The position numbers were made by a program, and so were the translations under genes. Positions 11,601 to 23,447 of a DNA stretch of 64,000 bases are shown piece by piece; within the stretch, counting starts at the first letter, position 1, and each line of letters begins with the position of its first letter. Under the pieces are notes generated by a model that saw only the letters and a list, made by a program, of their open reading frames with translations, had not been told where the DNA came from and made no database searches. The stretch is from Phoronis australis (lineage: Eukaryota > Animalia > Phoronida): positions 1 through 64,000 of the forward strand of contig NMRA01000494.1 of the NCBI GenBank assembly GCA_002633005.1, read 5' to 3'.

Positions 11601-14443
11601 CAAATTGTATCTAATGAGACAGACTTTGTTTCAGTTTCATATAAGCATTGGTTAGGATCATTTTAGGATGAGAATAATTCATTTTGAAACAGAACGCAGA
11701 ATAATAAACGTCTACATGGCAACTCGCCCGGCGTCAATCCCGTCTTAGTCAGGAGCTAATCTGACGAAGAGTTCACGGGTCGGATCGTTAGGTTTCACAG
11801 GCTATCAGTTCGAACCGGAATAGACTGATCAAGAAATACTAGAGAGGCGCCATGAACATGCATAGGCAAAGGAACGTATGGATCGTTCTTTGGTAAGCCG
11901 GAATTCGTCAGAGAAATCAATGTCGACGGAATGCCGGCCACACACACGGTGATATTTCACGGCCTCATACTTGCTATTAACAGCGTACATTTCATTCTTC
12001 ACTACCGCGAGCTACTTCCTAAGCATTTCGGGCTCTCGAGGAAGTCGAAAAAAACGGATATACCCGCTTTATTCGCAGTTTCAAAGTTCGGACAAGCGGG
12101 AACCGATGCACCGCTATAGAGCGGCATTCACTCTGCAGACGAAACACTGACGTTGCTGCGTCGTTTTTCACCTTCCTCACCGGTTAACGCGACACCTCTC
12201 GGCAAGGTGAGGTGGACCGCATAAGAGGCGATGTGGATATCGACCGATCAAGACGGTAAAAAAGACTAATTAAATCGGGTGGCATTATCCTTTAACCAGA
12301 TACTGCTCTCTTCAACTACGTCCAAATATCACTACTTTCTGTTGCTCGTTCGGACTCATTTTGGAACTCGGTCGAAGTACACTACTTCCGCAAAAGTCGA
12401 GTATGCACACTGCAATTGTAGCCCACAATTTTCTATTGGGCCTGGTGCCATGGAAATTGTTGGTTCCACATCAGGTAAGAAGAAGAGTAGATAACAGTAA
12501 AATAGATAACAGTAAAATATATGTACGGAATGCTCTCGTTGAAAATGAAGTCGCAAACAATACATGCCTTATCTTATTTAAGAAAAATATGAAAGCAGTG
12601 TTTTCAAGTGAATAACAACGTTCAAAATGACATTCTATGGATACACGATATTGCTACCTGTCCATAAAATCAAATGAACGGTTGTTCACTCGTGTGAAGG
12701 AAACCCCAAGAATTCTTCTATACAGCGTCTTTGTTTTGACAACTTACCAATTAATCTGGTGTCGGAAACCGCTGAAGTAAGGCGTGTATGAGTTTAATGA
12801 CAAGTTGAGTTTGTTCTCATAAAATGTATGGACTATTACCTTGTGTGTATGTGATACGTAAGTCTATTCATCTTCAAGGGAGCAGGTATGGTCGGACTCT
12901 ACGCATGCGCTCTACTGAAGGAACATGGCTTCCAGAAAGTGTACTGCAGCGACATCAGCGAGGACAGATTGAAGTTAGTTTCGTCATTTGGGGGTACGCC
13001 AGTCTTAAACGGTAATTGAATTTAAGCAAAGTTGCAAAACTAGAGGAGGACCTCCCTCCATATAACGGACATTATCAAAAACACCGTCCCCGTGCCGTTT
13101 TTAGATGTCCCACGGATATTATTCATTTACCTGTGAGAATCATAGTTGCTCAGGCCTCCTCCGTTGTAAATTCTAGGTCTGCCAGTGGAAACAAAAAACT
13201 GATGCCGAGATATCCAACACATCAATAACAGAACGCAAATAGTGTACGCTTGCTAATAGAATCTCATACGGGGCTCATCCTTTCTTTGGGATTGAATAAC
13301 TCCACAATTGTTGACAGAATGTACGCTTGGAGAGGGAATATGCCGCCTGCAAACGCTTTTAATTTCGTGTAAGATCGAATCAAAGCACAAAAAGACTGAA
13401 TGCCATGGATGCCGTTGACAATGCGTCTTACTTTTGCAGACAAATTACAGGAGACGATAGAGAGCGGGTCCATAGATGTCGTGATGGAGGTATGCGGAGC
13501 CAAATCTGTTTTCTATGATGGAATCCGAGTATTGAGAAACGGAGGGACGTATATCCTGATCGGTATGGTGCACGCTAACTCGCGTCTGGAGATTAGAGGC
13601 GAGCAGATTATACGGAAATGTTTAACAATAATCGGTAGGTGGTTGTAGATTCTATATAGGTTTGGACTGATTCCTAGAGCAATGACAAATTTCAATGGGA
13701 AATTCCGCCAACAACAAGTATCAGCCGACTGGCAATAATTAAAAGAATTTACGAATACAGGCCACAGTTAGAAACTTGTACGGTTTGCGGTCTCCCGGAA
13801 TGAACCGTGGCAGGGTGTGTCAGGCTTAAATGAGACTTTCTGAGAAACAGGACAAAGCTTATCTGCAACAAATATCCAACGTTTCCATCGTCGCACTAAA
13901 ATAAACATGCGCGCACCCACGGGGAACGAGCACCCCTCATTTGGCGATTTGGGTAAAAAGGTCTGCCTCAGAGAAACAAGAAGTCAGAGAAACCGAGACA
14001 AAGTTCACTAAAAAGGCCCACCGTCATTTGGTATATTGATGCCATGCAAGTCTTTATTTTGCATTAAGATTAGTCGGCCATTTGTGATAATGATACAAAT
14101 AAAAGTTTGATATACTGTTGCGATACAGACATAAACATTTGGAAGGTAGAGTGAGGCCTGATAAGTCTCGAGAGATTTTAGTGTTATTATCGGTTTGTTT
14201 CATGCGCCAGTATTCACTTTTGCATGTACTTTATTATACTTGAATATTTTAGGTGTGCACAACTACGCCCCTCGCCACTTGGATCAAGCCATTGACTTCC
14301 TGTCCGAACATGGACAAAAATATCCCTTTGAAGGTCTGGTCGGTCACGTGTGCCATTTGACCGAATTTATTGCCGCCGTAGAGTTGGCTTGTAGCCGAAA
14401 GCATGTCCGCGTTGGTTTGACAGGAGAAGCAAAGCAATGCTAG
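5630..14443 (+). CDS. Zn-dependent medium-chain alcohol dehydrogenase, TIGR03366-like (phosphonate-catabolism-associated ADH family); 6 exons, 352 aa
   Basis: Exons 5630-5805, 6482-6635, 9173-9382, 12879-13011, 13440-13634, 14253-14443. All introns are GT-AG and phase-compatible; total 1059 nt with no internal stop. Motifs: ICGSDLH, LGHE, structural Zn CSRCHPC-x7-C, ANCALAT, Rossmann GAGMVG, C-terminal GVHNYAPRHLDQAIDFL..KYPFEGLV. Confidence 0.9.
7199..7268 (-). ncRNA. tRNA-derived sequence (SINE head or tRNA pseudogene)
   Basis: The minus strand reads GCGGTGGCGCAATGAAAG...GGTCGTGAGTTCGAGTCCATCCAC, with Pol III A-box and B-box at tRNA spacing. I could not fold a clean acceptor or anticodon stem. 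Confidence 0.55.
7760..8689. mobile_element. Non-autonomous foldback DNA transposon (MULE-like) in ADH intron 2
   Basis: About 270-bp near-perfect terminal inverted repeats (7760-~8031 and ~8417-8689, beginning TAGGCAATGACCATCG), flanked by an exact 9-bp direct repeat GACCGGGAG (7751-7759 and 8690-8698). Confidence 0.9.
9815..10218. mobile_element. Harbinger-like MITE family A, copy 1
   Basis: Inverted ends GGTTGCACGAAACAGTCCCAAATAGGGACTCAA...TTGAGTCCCTATTTGGAAC. Internally homologous to 34247-34654 and 55994-56380. Confidence 0.8.
10787..11058. mobile_element. Degenerate MITE-like element
   Basis: Imperfect inverted ends (CCATTCACACG..TTTGAAAACG / CGTTTTTAAA..GGAGACGGGAC) and repeated GAAAACG motifs. 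No clear TSD. Confidence 0.45.
11094..12291. mobile_element. Non-autonomous Kolobok-like DNA transposon, copy 1 (ADH intron 3; contains the assembly N at 11582)
   Basis: TTAA on both sides (11090-11093, 12292-12295). TIRs AGGAGAATGCCTCCC / GGGTGGCATTATCCT. Colinear with 29055-30710 except for about 500 bp missing at the N. Confidence 0.8.
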
Positions 14444-16178
14444 GACGTTTTATAACCAGTCAGCTCTCGGAATCACTGTATGTCAGCACAGGGTTAATGA
14501 ATAAGCGTCTGACCTAACCTCAAAATATGTATTTTAAGTAAACGCGAGCGAATGAGAATCATAGTAAATCTGTTTGTACGATGTGTGATATTTGCATTTT
14601 ACTTTTTTAATGTTACACTGCAGCTAAAGTTCTGTACACGATTGACCAAGCCATTTGGAACTCTCCATTAATTATCCAATGCAAGCATGTTACAAATAAA
14701 CTGCATTTATGTTCAGGGAACTGAAATATTTTGTGGGATATTCTTTTCAATCAGTTACGACTGGTTTACTTAAAGCGGGAATAATATGTTTTCCATGATC
14801 GCAAATAGCAACTTGATTTAGCACACTTTCCATTATAAAGTTGGTCTCAAATCGTTCTCAAGTAAAATTGGAGGTGATTTTAGAGCTTCAAAAGAACTCG
14901 GGTACGTTAATATTGCACTAGGTTCTTCAAAATGGCTTGTCACGATTTTGTAACTATTAGGCGTTAAGAACAAAAGTTCATTCTTGTACGGAATGAAGTC
15001 GGGTTTACAGCGAATTTAACGGTCATTGTTTTGTGTGGAAATCTCAGCTTTTAGTGGTCGTGTAAACATTGGTTTACATTGTGAGCAATTGTACTGAATG
15101 TTTATTACAATAAAAGGTTAGTGAATAAATACAGTATAAGACGAGGTGCCAGCATTTTAGCTTATAGGCCATTTTACTGTTGGAGACTAACAGCGCCACC
15201 TTTGTTGTAGACCCTGTTTGTCCACTGGTGCAGTAATAGGCGTTAGGACGTCCCCTGGTGAAACTTAGTATCTCTACAAAATTGTGTCCATATGGTCTTT
15301 GTGCGATGCCTTGTGGTTGGTGTGCACCTCATTGCTGCATGCTGTGCAAAACTTCGCCATGAAATCCCGATGGTCTGAAATATGTACATAACGTGGTTTT
15401 ATGAAGTACTAATGCGAATATCAATGTCCGTTTAAAGCCCCATGTCATTTGGGATATCAAAATGAAATATAACGATTTTTGGTTTCTTATATTGAAAGTT
15501 CTTCCTCAATGTTTATTTACGAACGTGTAACATTGATTCAACTTCCAGCGCGCACTTGGCTTTGCGCAAGCCGATAATACATTCAAAATCGCGATTGTAT
15601 CGACTTTCTCACGTGAGTTGACTTGCTTGATAGGTGTCGCACCTGTGCATTTATTACGAGCTAACATCAGCGCAGCGAAATTACAAATGTGTTGCCATTT
15701 CCAAGCAGACATCAACATGGAATTAAATGATCATCATTGTTACACTGTAGAAGGGAACGAATATTTTGCCTTGATAGGGAGGGCCAGCATTCGTTGCTGA
15801 GTTACTCGACGTCATCATTTATGACCTGGCACGATTAGAATACAGCGGAGCCATCCAGTGTCTGCTTGGTACATGTGCTAATCTGAAGCAGATGTTTGAC
15901 AATTATACACAATTTCCTACGTTAAAGTTGCTGGCGGCTAAAATTCCAATAGAGCCCAATTTTTGTGTGTCACATCGAACGACTTCTAGAGATTTGATCC
16001 GTGTACAAAAATTTACGAAGTTGCATCTTCTTGCATTCTCAGTAATCAGGGAAAATTTAATCAGAGTTCCCGGAAAATCAACATACCTGTACCTGCGATT
16101 GCCGTAACTCGCAGCTTTCGTATTTTTGTTCCCAGATTAATAAACCATCACATGTCGTACTACACTGGAGGATCCAAG

Positions 16179-16334
16179 CAGTGCTGTAGTGGTAAAATTA
16201 GAGGTAAGTAGGCGCCCAAAGCTCACCTTATAACCTTGAGCACTGAACGTAACTTACGGTGCGTAGGCGCTACATTCAAATGTCAAAAGGTAGTTGGCTG
16301 CGCCTACGTGCACTTACGCCCCACTACAGCACTG
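16179..16334. mobile_element. hAT-like MITE (156 bp)
   Basis: Perfect 14-bp TIRs CAGTGCTGTAGTGG / CCACTACAGCACTG and an 8-bp TSD GATCCAAG / GATTCAAG (one mismatch). Confidence 0.85.
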
Positions 16335-16869
16335 GATTCAAGATGTGGTATTGCAAAGGCCGGAGCCCATGCAGCCACAAACTGGAAAGTCCTCTACAAA
16401 GAGCAAGCCGACGACATTGGCCATCATGGTCTTGGCAGGACAGGAAATCTGCCTCGGAATCATATAGATGATATATTATTTTCTATTGTGTCAACGCACC
16501 AATCTTGGAGCTGACAGTCTGGAGCTGTAGCAAAACATGAAAAAAATTGTTTTGTCTTCTTCTATTGAATCACGGCTTTTCTATAAACGTTGCGTCGACG
16601 CAAATATCAGCGAGCATTGACCCTAGTTGAGTTTCGTAAACAACAAGAATCTCGTAGAGCCAATGTGGTCACGTGCTTCGCTTCCAATGGATATCGACGT
16701 CTCGCGAAGTCTTTAGTGATCTTGCGTTTTCATTTACGTAACGCAAGCCCAGGCTGTCTTAAACCCACTCAGCATGAGATGTGCTTGTCATTGAGGGCCT
16801 GGGGCGAGCAAAGTCGTTATACGGGTCTGTTTTGTACTTTGTCGGATCGATTGTATCACGGTATATTCG

Positions 16870-19800
16870 ATGGCGAAAGTGGGCCTGTTTCTGCGCGGCC
16901 TTAGTATCTTGATCGGCATTCTAACTTTGTTTATATCTTCAGTTGAATGGACCTTCAATGTGTATGCTAATTCATTGAAAGTTCGACTTAACTTCAGTCA
17001 ATCAGAAGGTAAGATTTGTCACGGATTACGTGGCTGACTGGGTGATCACGGATGACGACTGCCTATCAAGAACCGAAATTCAGATAAACATTCTAACGTG
17101 GTGAGCGCTACTGCTTCTTTTGACGAGCAAATGTTTAAAAATCGCACTTAGGCTAACTGCTATGTACAGTGGGCCTAGTATCTTATTAGCAAATATAAGA
17201 AGAATCAAAATGGCAAACGTTTTTTTTAATGTTGCGTTCTTTTGCGCGGGATGTCGCACCTTCCTTAAAATACACGCCTTACTTACGATATTGGAGTATT
17301 TTAGCAGCACGTGTCCTTTAAACGACAACATTAATTTATGTTTCCTCCCCGTTTTGGCGGCAGTCAGATCCTACACCTAATGTCTCCGGCGGCAGACGAG
17401 GCGTGCGTTCAGTAACACTAGGACCTGCGCTAGGACCTACATGTAGCTAAAATGTAGCCAAAGTCCCGTGATCAAAATACAGGGCAATATTTCACGTAAT
17501 CTCGCGAACTCTTGCTTTTTAGAGAGGTCCTAGAACTACTGAACGGGACGGAGTTTTTACCCACGATTGTCCATTTTAGACCTAAAAGCCTAGTGCTGTC
17601 GGTTTAGATCTTTACGCCGAGTTGCTTTGAGACCTGGGGTATGTTTCTTAAAAAGAAAGTTGAGACTTACGTCAAATATTTGACATAACGCTCTCAATAA
17701 CTTTCTGAGAAAAATAGCAAAACAATGAATGTTCAGAACAATAGACGACTGTTTAAAGTACCAAATCTTTTTAAACAGGATTGAGTTTAAAAACTAAGAT
17801 TGAATTTGCAAAGAAGGAGTGGTCTTTATTACAGACATGATTGAATTAATTAAAAATCATTAAACTCTCCAAGTAGGGCACAGGGTTGTTTCAAGGTTAT
17901 GTAAGACCCTAGAAAAATGTTCAAGGGCGGGAAATTTCGGAACATATTGTCTCAAAAACGGCGTGCTGGATTCATGTTAAACGTTCAGACACTGTGGTTT
18001 ACGCTCTGTTCTCCAGTTTAGCGCGTTTAGGAATTGACTTTAAAATGACCCCCTTTTTCATGATCAGGTATCAAAATGTGCGACTTTCATGATTTCCATG
18101 AACCGAAAAGTTGTATAAAACAAAAAGGAAATGCTTTTGTAGAAAACTGTAACATATTGTTTGAGATCTTACCTTGTACATTTACATGAAATAAAATTTA
18201 ATCATGTTATTGATACCGTTGTTGTGCAATCGATGCTCCTTTTGCTAAATTTAGTTAAAGAGACATGGTCACATGACCCATTCAGTGATAGACTGGTAAA
18301 AAGTCAAAATCCAAATTTCACAGGCCTTAATCTTTGTAGATATGTGGCTGAATTATAGTCAACGACCTGCCAATAGTGCCCTTCGTAACCTTAGAAGTAT
18401 ACCAAACCGGATTTTTGGCTATTAACATATATTAAAAATGACTTCCCCATCTAATTACCCCGAAACAAAATAATGCTCTATAACCCTCAACAGAAACGCC
18501 GCTAAAAGATGGACAGGAAAATTTGAAAAACGTTTTTCGAAGTCTGTTAAACGGGCAAGCGTGACCTACGCTTTTAGCTTATTACAAGGCAACTGTGGAA
18601 AACACCACCCGACAAGAACAATCTGTGACATAAGGAGTATGTTTTTTTAGTTAATTCCTGCTTTTATATTTAAAGATTGACGCCAATGATGCATTAGTAG
18701 GCGACGGACCGAGGATTGGCTGAAATCGTTAAAACAGAGTTTAGTATCATTTTAATAATCTCTTCATTTTCCGCTGCCCATACACCTTATTCACGCAGTC
18801 CCCATGTTACAAAGAGCCGACCTTTTAGGTTTTAAAAACAATGCATAGGGCGCTTAATCACTGTGCAAAACGTAATTTTTTCGCTGAACATTCCGCTTTA
18901 TAATTTGTTAAAATACGGACAATGTGTACTAGCTGGCATCTCGGAAATAGTTGCGTGTTATGGAAGGAAATTTTCGGAGTGATGGACCATTCTTCGTGAC
19001 AGAATAAACTGCAGAACTTCTCTTATGCTGATTGTAGCTCTACACGTGACTTGGCATTATGATGTAGACCATGGCCGAAATACACTCTATGCAAGGGTCC
19101 GCTTAAGAAATCACCTGACCATCTTTTTACTGAAACATATCCCTGTTTTTAACCACAGCTAAAAACGCCAGTTGTTTGTGTCATTTTCCTCTTCCATAAT
19201 TGTTTGAACTCAAGATATTTGTTTATTAGTTATGGCTCGAGTACACTCTGGTTTACATGAATGAATATCTAATCGTAACTTAAGGTAGATGACCCCAGTA
19301 AAGTTTCCGCTATAAACAGGCATTTATTTTGACTTCTTATTAAAGTCTCGATTTGTTGTTCAACGATTAGATCCCACGACCAGGGTTGCCTTCCACACAC
19401 GCAAGAATTTTGCAAATGTAGTTAGAGTGACCATGAGCTTTGCTTGCAATACCTGACGGTATCTCGCGACGTCTTAACGCGATCTTGTCTTTTTGGGAGG
19501 TTCTTGCATGTGACTTGGCGAACTGCGCCATCTACAGGGCATCGATATGTGTTCACAGGGGTGGAACTATCGGATCAAAACCTATTTTGTTAGTCTTTCC
19601 CTTCTTGAAAGTGAGTCTGGTGTACAATTGTCTTTTGTTCTGCACTTAAAAGGACCACCGCGTTAGAAATGATGTTATTATATTTACTAAAAGACCAGCA
19701 TACTAATATGCGTTTTTCTGTGTTGAAGTTGTTTATCCCTTGTTTTTACCAGTTTATACTGGTTTTGAACTGTTTACAAAGTCTTCCCTAATTTACACTA

Positions 19801-22592
19801 GACAGAGTTTTGAATGTTATCAACAAGCACGTCTGTTTTCAATGTGCGAATGTTTTTCCTTTCTGTTTGTTTTGCATGTACACTGCGTGTGTGTTCATTG
19901 AATGAATATCTTTAAGCAATCGTTCGTTTCAGTGGAGTTGAGCGCATCCTTCCTCACCATCGGCGCCACAATGTCTCTGCCTTGTGGCGCCCTCTATGTC
20001 AAGGTCGGAGCCCGTGGAAACTTTACGATAGGAGCACTTCTGGCGTTGACCGGATTTGGGGTGCTGTGGTTGGCGACAATACTGCCACGTGTGTTCAGTT
20101 CATTGAGTGGCCTTGTAGCAGTTTTACACTACTTGGGAGGTAAGGCTTTTTAATAGCAGAGAGAGTGAGTGTCTAAAACCCGTGCTGCGGAGATTCTTTG
20201 GAAATATGATGATATTGTATTCGTAATTATAAATGCTGTCCTACATGATAGAAAATTAATGATATGCTGCACAATAACACTGGAGGTATCGCAAACTCAC
20301 GTGTACTTGTGCGTGAAGTCTACAACTAGATGTTGGCGTAGACCCATACACACTGAAGAGACATTTGAGCAACGTTACACGGTGTTTATGTGTACGGGGG
20401 TACTTATGGCGCACGCAGACGAGAAAAGCTACGCGGTTCCAATCCAATTGGGATTTTGCCTTGCCAGGCGGTGAGGTAAATGTCTCACTTGATGGCTTTT
20501 TGAGGTACCCGGTGTGTGTAAATCCTCACAGAATTTACGCGAGGTGAGCTAAGTGCTTGGCTAATTATACATTCAGCACCCAGTGGAAGTTAATTATTGC
20601 ATTTACCTGACAACAACACATTTTAATCGCTTCTTCGTTGTTATCGTGGCTACTGCATTTACATTATTTACTACGAAAGTAACGGATACGTCAGTGAGCA
20701 GTTTTGCATCCTGTGTGCGGTTAATCCGCATCGAGCTATTGACTGACCTACAGTTAAGCGACAGCTCAGTCCAGGGAGCTCAGCTCGTAGTTTCTCGTCT
20801 GCTCTCGCTCTTACGCTGGAGGCTGATGCAGAGCAGAGTAAGGCAAAGGAGATTTGAGGTCTTCGAAAGTTGATACACAGGCACGCACTCTGTATAATTG
20901 AGTGTAATACAGCCTTCACGTGCTCCAAAGACCGAACACTTTCCTCCCAACTACTGCATTCTTCCACTTGGTGGTGTTGTTGAAATTTAAAATAATATTC
21001 GTATTTGCTATTTGACAGCCGTCTTGGTTTGGTGCAAAAAGCTCTAAATGTTTTTGTTCCTTGCCATTTTGGCACATACCCTATCTTCAACGTTTTGCGA
21101 AACACCCACAAAATAAATAACTTAGTACTTATTTGCAGAGAAACCACTTCCTGGTACTTGTAATTTAGAACATGCTTGTGCACATTTTTGAGTCTCATAA
21201 GTTTGACAAGTGGTCGAATGATCTCAGATGTGGCTCAGGGCAAGCCCATTTTGAAACTTAACAACGATATTGCAATTCTCTTGATTTTGTCTCACAGTCT
21301 ACTACGACTGTCTTACAAAAATAATCGCTGTTTGTGGACGTGTGATCCAACAAGATTTTCGAGCAAATCGGAATATGTAGACACTGTCCAAAACTCGTGT
21401 ATGAAGTCGTATCGTGGTGTGTGACACAAAACTTACATTTCCTGTTCACGCTCTGGGTAGGTGGCCTTGAGCAAGAAGGCGCGCTCAGTGTTAAATAACA
21501 TTTGTCCCCCCACCTGTTATCACTTGGCCTTTTTTCCTAGGTCAAGGACTACAGTTTCTGCGCTTCACAGCCATCGTTGTCAACGCTAAGAACGTGAGTC
21601 CAACTCACCGCGGGAAAGTGATCACGATACACATGATGAGTTTCTACCTAGGCGTCATGCTAATAGCCCTCATTTACAACCAGACCATCGAGCACTCTGG
21701 TGGATTGCTTGTCCCTCCGCTCGAACAAAATCTCAACTGGTTTCTGTTCTGTATATTAATCGCCATAGTGATACTTTACTGCCTCCAGATGTCGCTTCTG
21801 CGACCTTATGGGCACGCAGCAGACTATAGAAATTTAGGAGAGCATTCGCACCTGGAATCAACGAGGTCTTTGGACTTCCTTATCGACTCGACTGGGAGCA
21901 CCGTTGTTTGTTCTTTGCAAAACGGCAATTCAAAAAGTAATGTCACACCAGACTCGCCTGCTAGGAGTTTTGCAAAGCTGTTTGGAACTATCAATTTCCA
22001 GTTGGCCCTGTGGTCGTTCGTCTCTGCTACCGCCGTTACGCTACTGTTCTGTAGCAACTCCACGACATTCGCACATTCTTTACGCCTCGATGACAAGACG
22101 CAGTTCTTCACCGTTACGGCAGTGCTGATAGAACTGCTCCTTGTATTTGCCGCGAGTGCACTGATTGACTTTCTCTATTCAAAATACGCTGTGCGGCAAT
22201 CGGTATTCGTGTTTCTCGTATCCTGTATGTTGCTTGCGTCACAGCTTGTGTTGTTGACTCCTGTAGCTCCAACGTTTGAGGCGCTGGCAGCAGTCGACGT
22301 CACAGCCTTGTTCGTCGGGAGTCTGATTTACCCCGTTCGGGCATCGATGCTCAGTATTCAACTCAAAGCATATGACTTCAGCATGGTGTGGGCCTTCCAC
22401 GTGGCGCTGTCCGGATTAGGTGCGCTTGGGTTGATGAAAACGTTCGGTGCACTTTACGATGCCAACATTGATACCGCGGTGACCACCGAATGTCTGGGAA
22501 TACAGTGTTTAACGAGTACCGCCGTAGTGACGTCATCTGTGTCTTGCCTCGGTTGTGTTTGTGCCTTAGTATTAGTAGTAAGGGGTGAGTGA
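16870..22592 (+). CDS. MFS transporter, Nodulin-like/Mch1-type; 3 exons, 465 aa
   Basis: Exons 16870-17008, 19933-20139, 21541-22592, with two phase-1 GT-AG introns; total 1398 nt. Many hydrophobic helices. Family-like motifs FNVYANSLKVRLNFSQSE, AIVVNAKNVSPTHRGKV and FGALYD...CLGIQC. Confidence 0.82.
18785..18885. repeat. Dispersed repeat, second copy at ~4820-4920
   Basis: ACACCTTATTCACGCAGTCCCCATGTTAC...AATCACTGTGCAAAACGTAATTTT here versus ACACTTTATTCACGCAGTTGCCATATTAC...AATCACAGTGCAAAACGCAATTTT. Confidence 0.6.
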
Positions 22593-23447
22593 TGACGCTG
22601 ATGACGACCAAAGAACGCCGAAAAATGAAAAATATGTTATTTATACTTAAACGATGTAGATAGTATGTACAATTTGATAAATATTGCATTGTCGTCAAGG
22701 TTACGTGTCTCATGAATGGCATTAAAAATTAGGAATTGCTTTGCCTTTGTGTCATTTTTTGCGCTGACCGTTGCTTTTTACAGCTGTGTTTGGAGGCAAT
22801 TTGAGGAGTTTCTTGTCCTGTCGTAAAGTTTCTGGTAGTGTCGAAAAGTTTGGCACAGTTGCTATTACTGTCGTAGGGCTTAGTACGATTAATAGCACTA
22901 GCTACCGTACTTTCTCAATAAGATGTTTCGCTTGGGTTAAAATTCAATAAGCATTCCGAATCGAGTGACTGTAAAGTAGAAGAAAAACGTTACTACACTC
23001 ATTTTGCTAACAGTTCATTTTCTGGTTGTCTTAGACACATTAGACACGTTTTAAATGTAATCAAAAATCTGTTGGTGCTCTAATTAATGATGCATGCATA
23101 ACGGCGGAAGTTACGTTCGAGACCCAGATCATTCCCTGCCATCTTCGTTTGTGCTACGATTCACTAAGAATATATGATTATTGTGTACTATTTACATGTT
23201 CCAAAATTGTCTTAATGATTTGACTACGGCGAATACTCTCGGAGAATCTTAGATTGAAGTGTAACGCAGTTGAGTGGGATTTAGCCATTGTTTGATCTGC
23301 AGCCGACGGGAATTGCGCAACACGGACTTTTTATATCGGCGCTCTCTAGTGTAATGAGAGCAAGAAAGCAACTTTCGCTTGATCCCGGCTAAGATTTGGA
23401 GACGTATAGCGGGTCATTTATTTAAAAACAAAGGAATAAATCGCATT

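Noticed and set aside
5630-14443. Bacterial contamination as the source of the ADH
   Set aside because: It has five spliceosomal introns containing host transposons and is flanked by animal genes.
20671-21198. 175-aa minus-strand ORF
   Set aside because: It is antisense within the MFS intron, lacks an ATG start, and has no motif.
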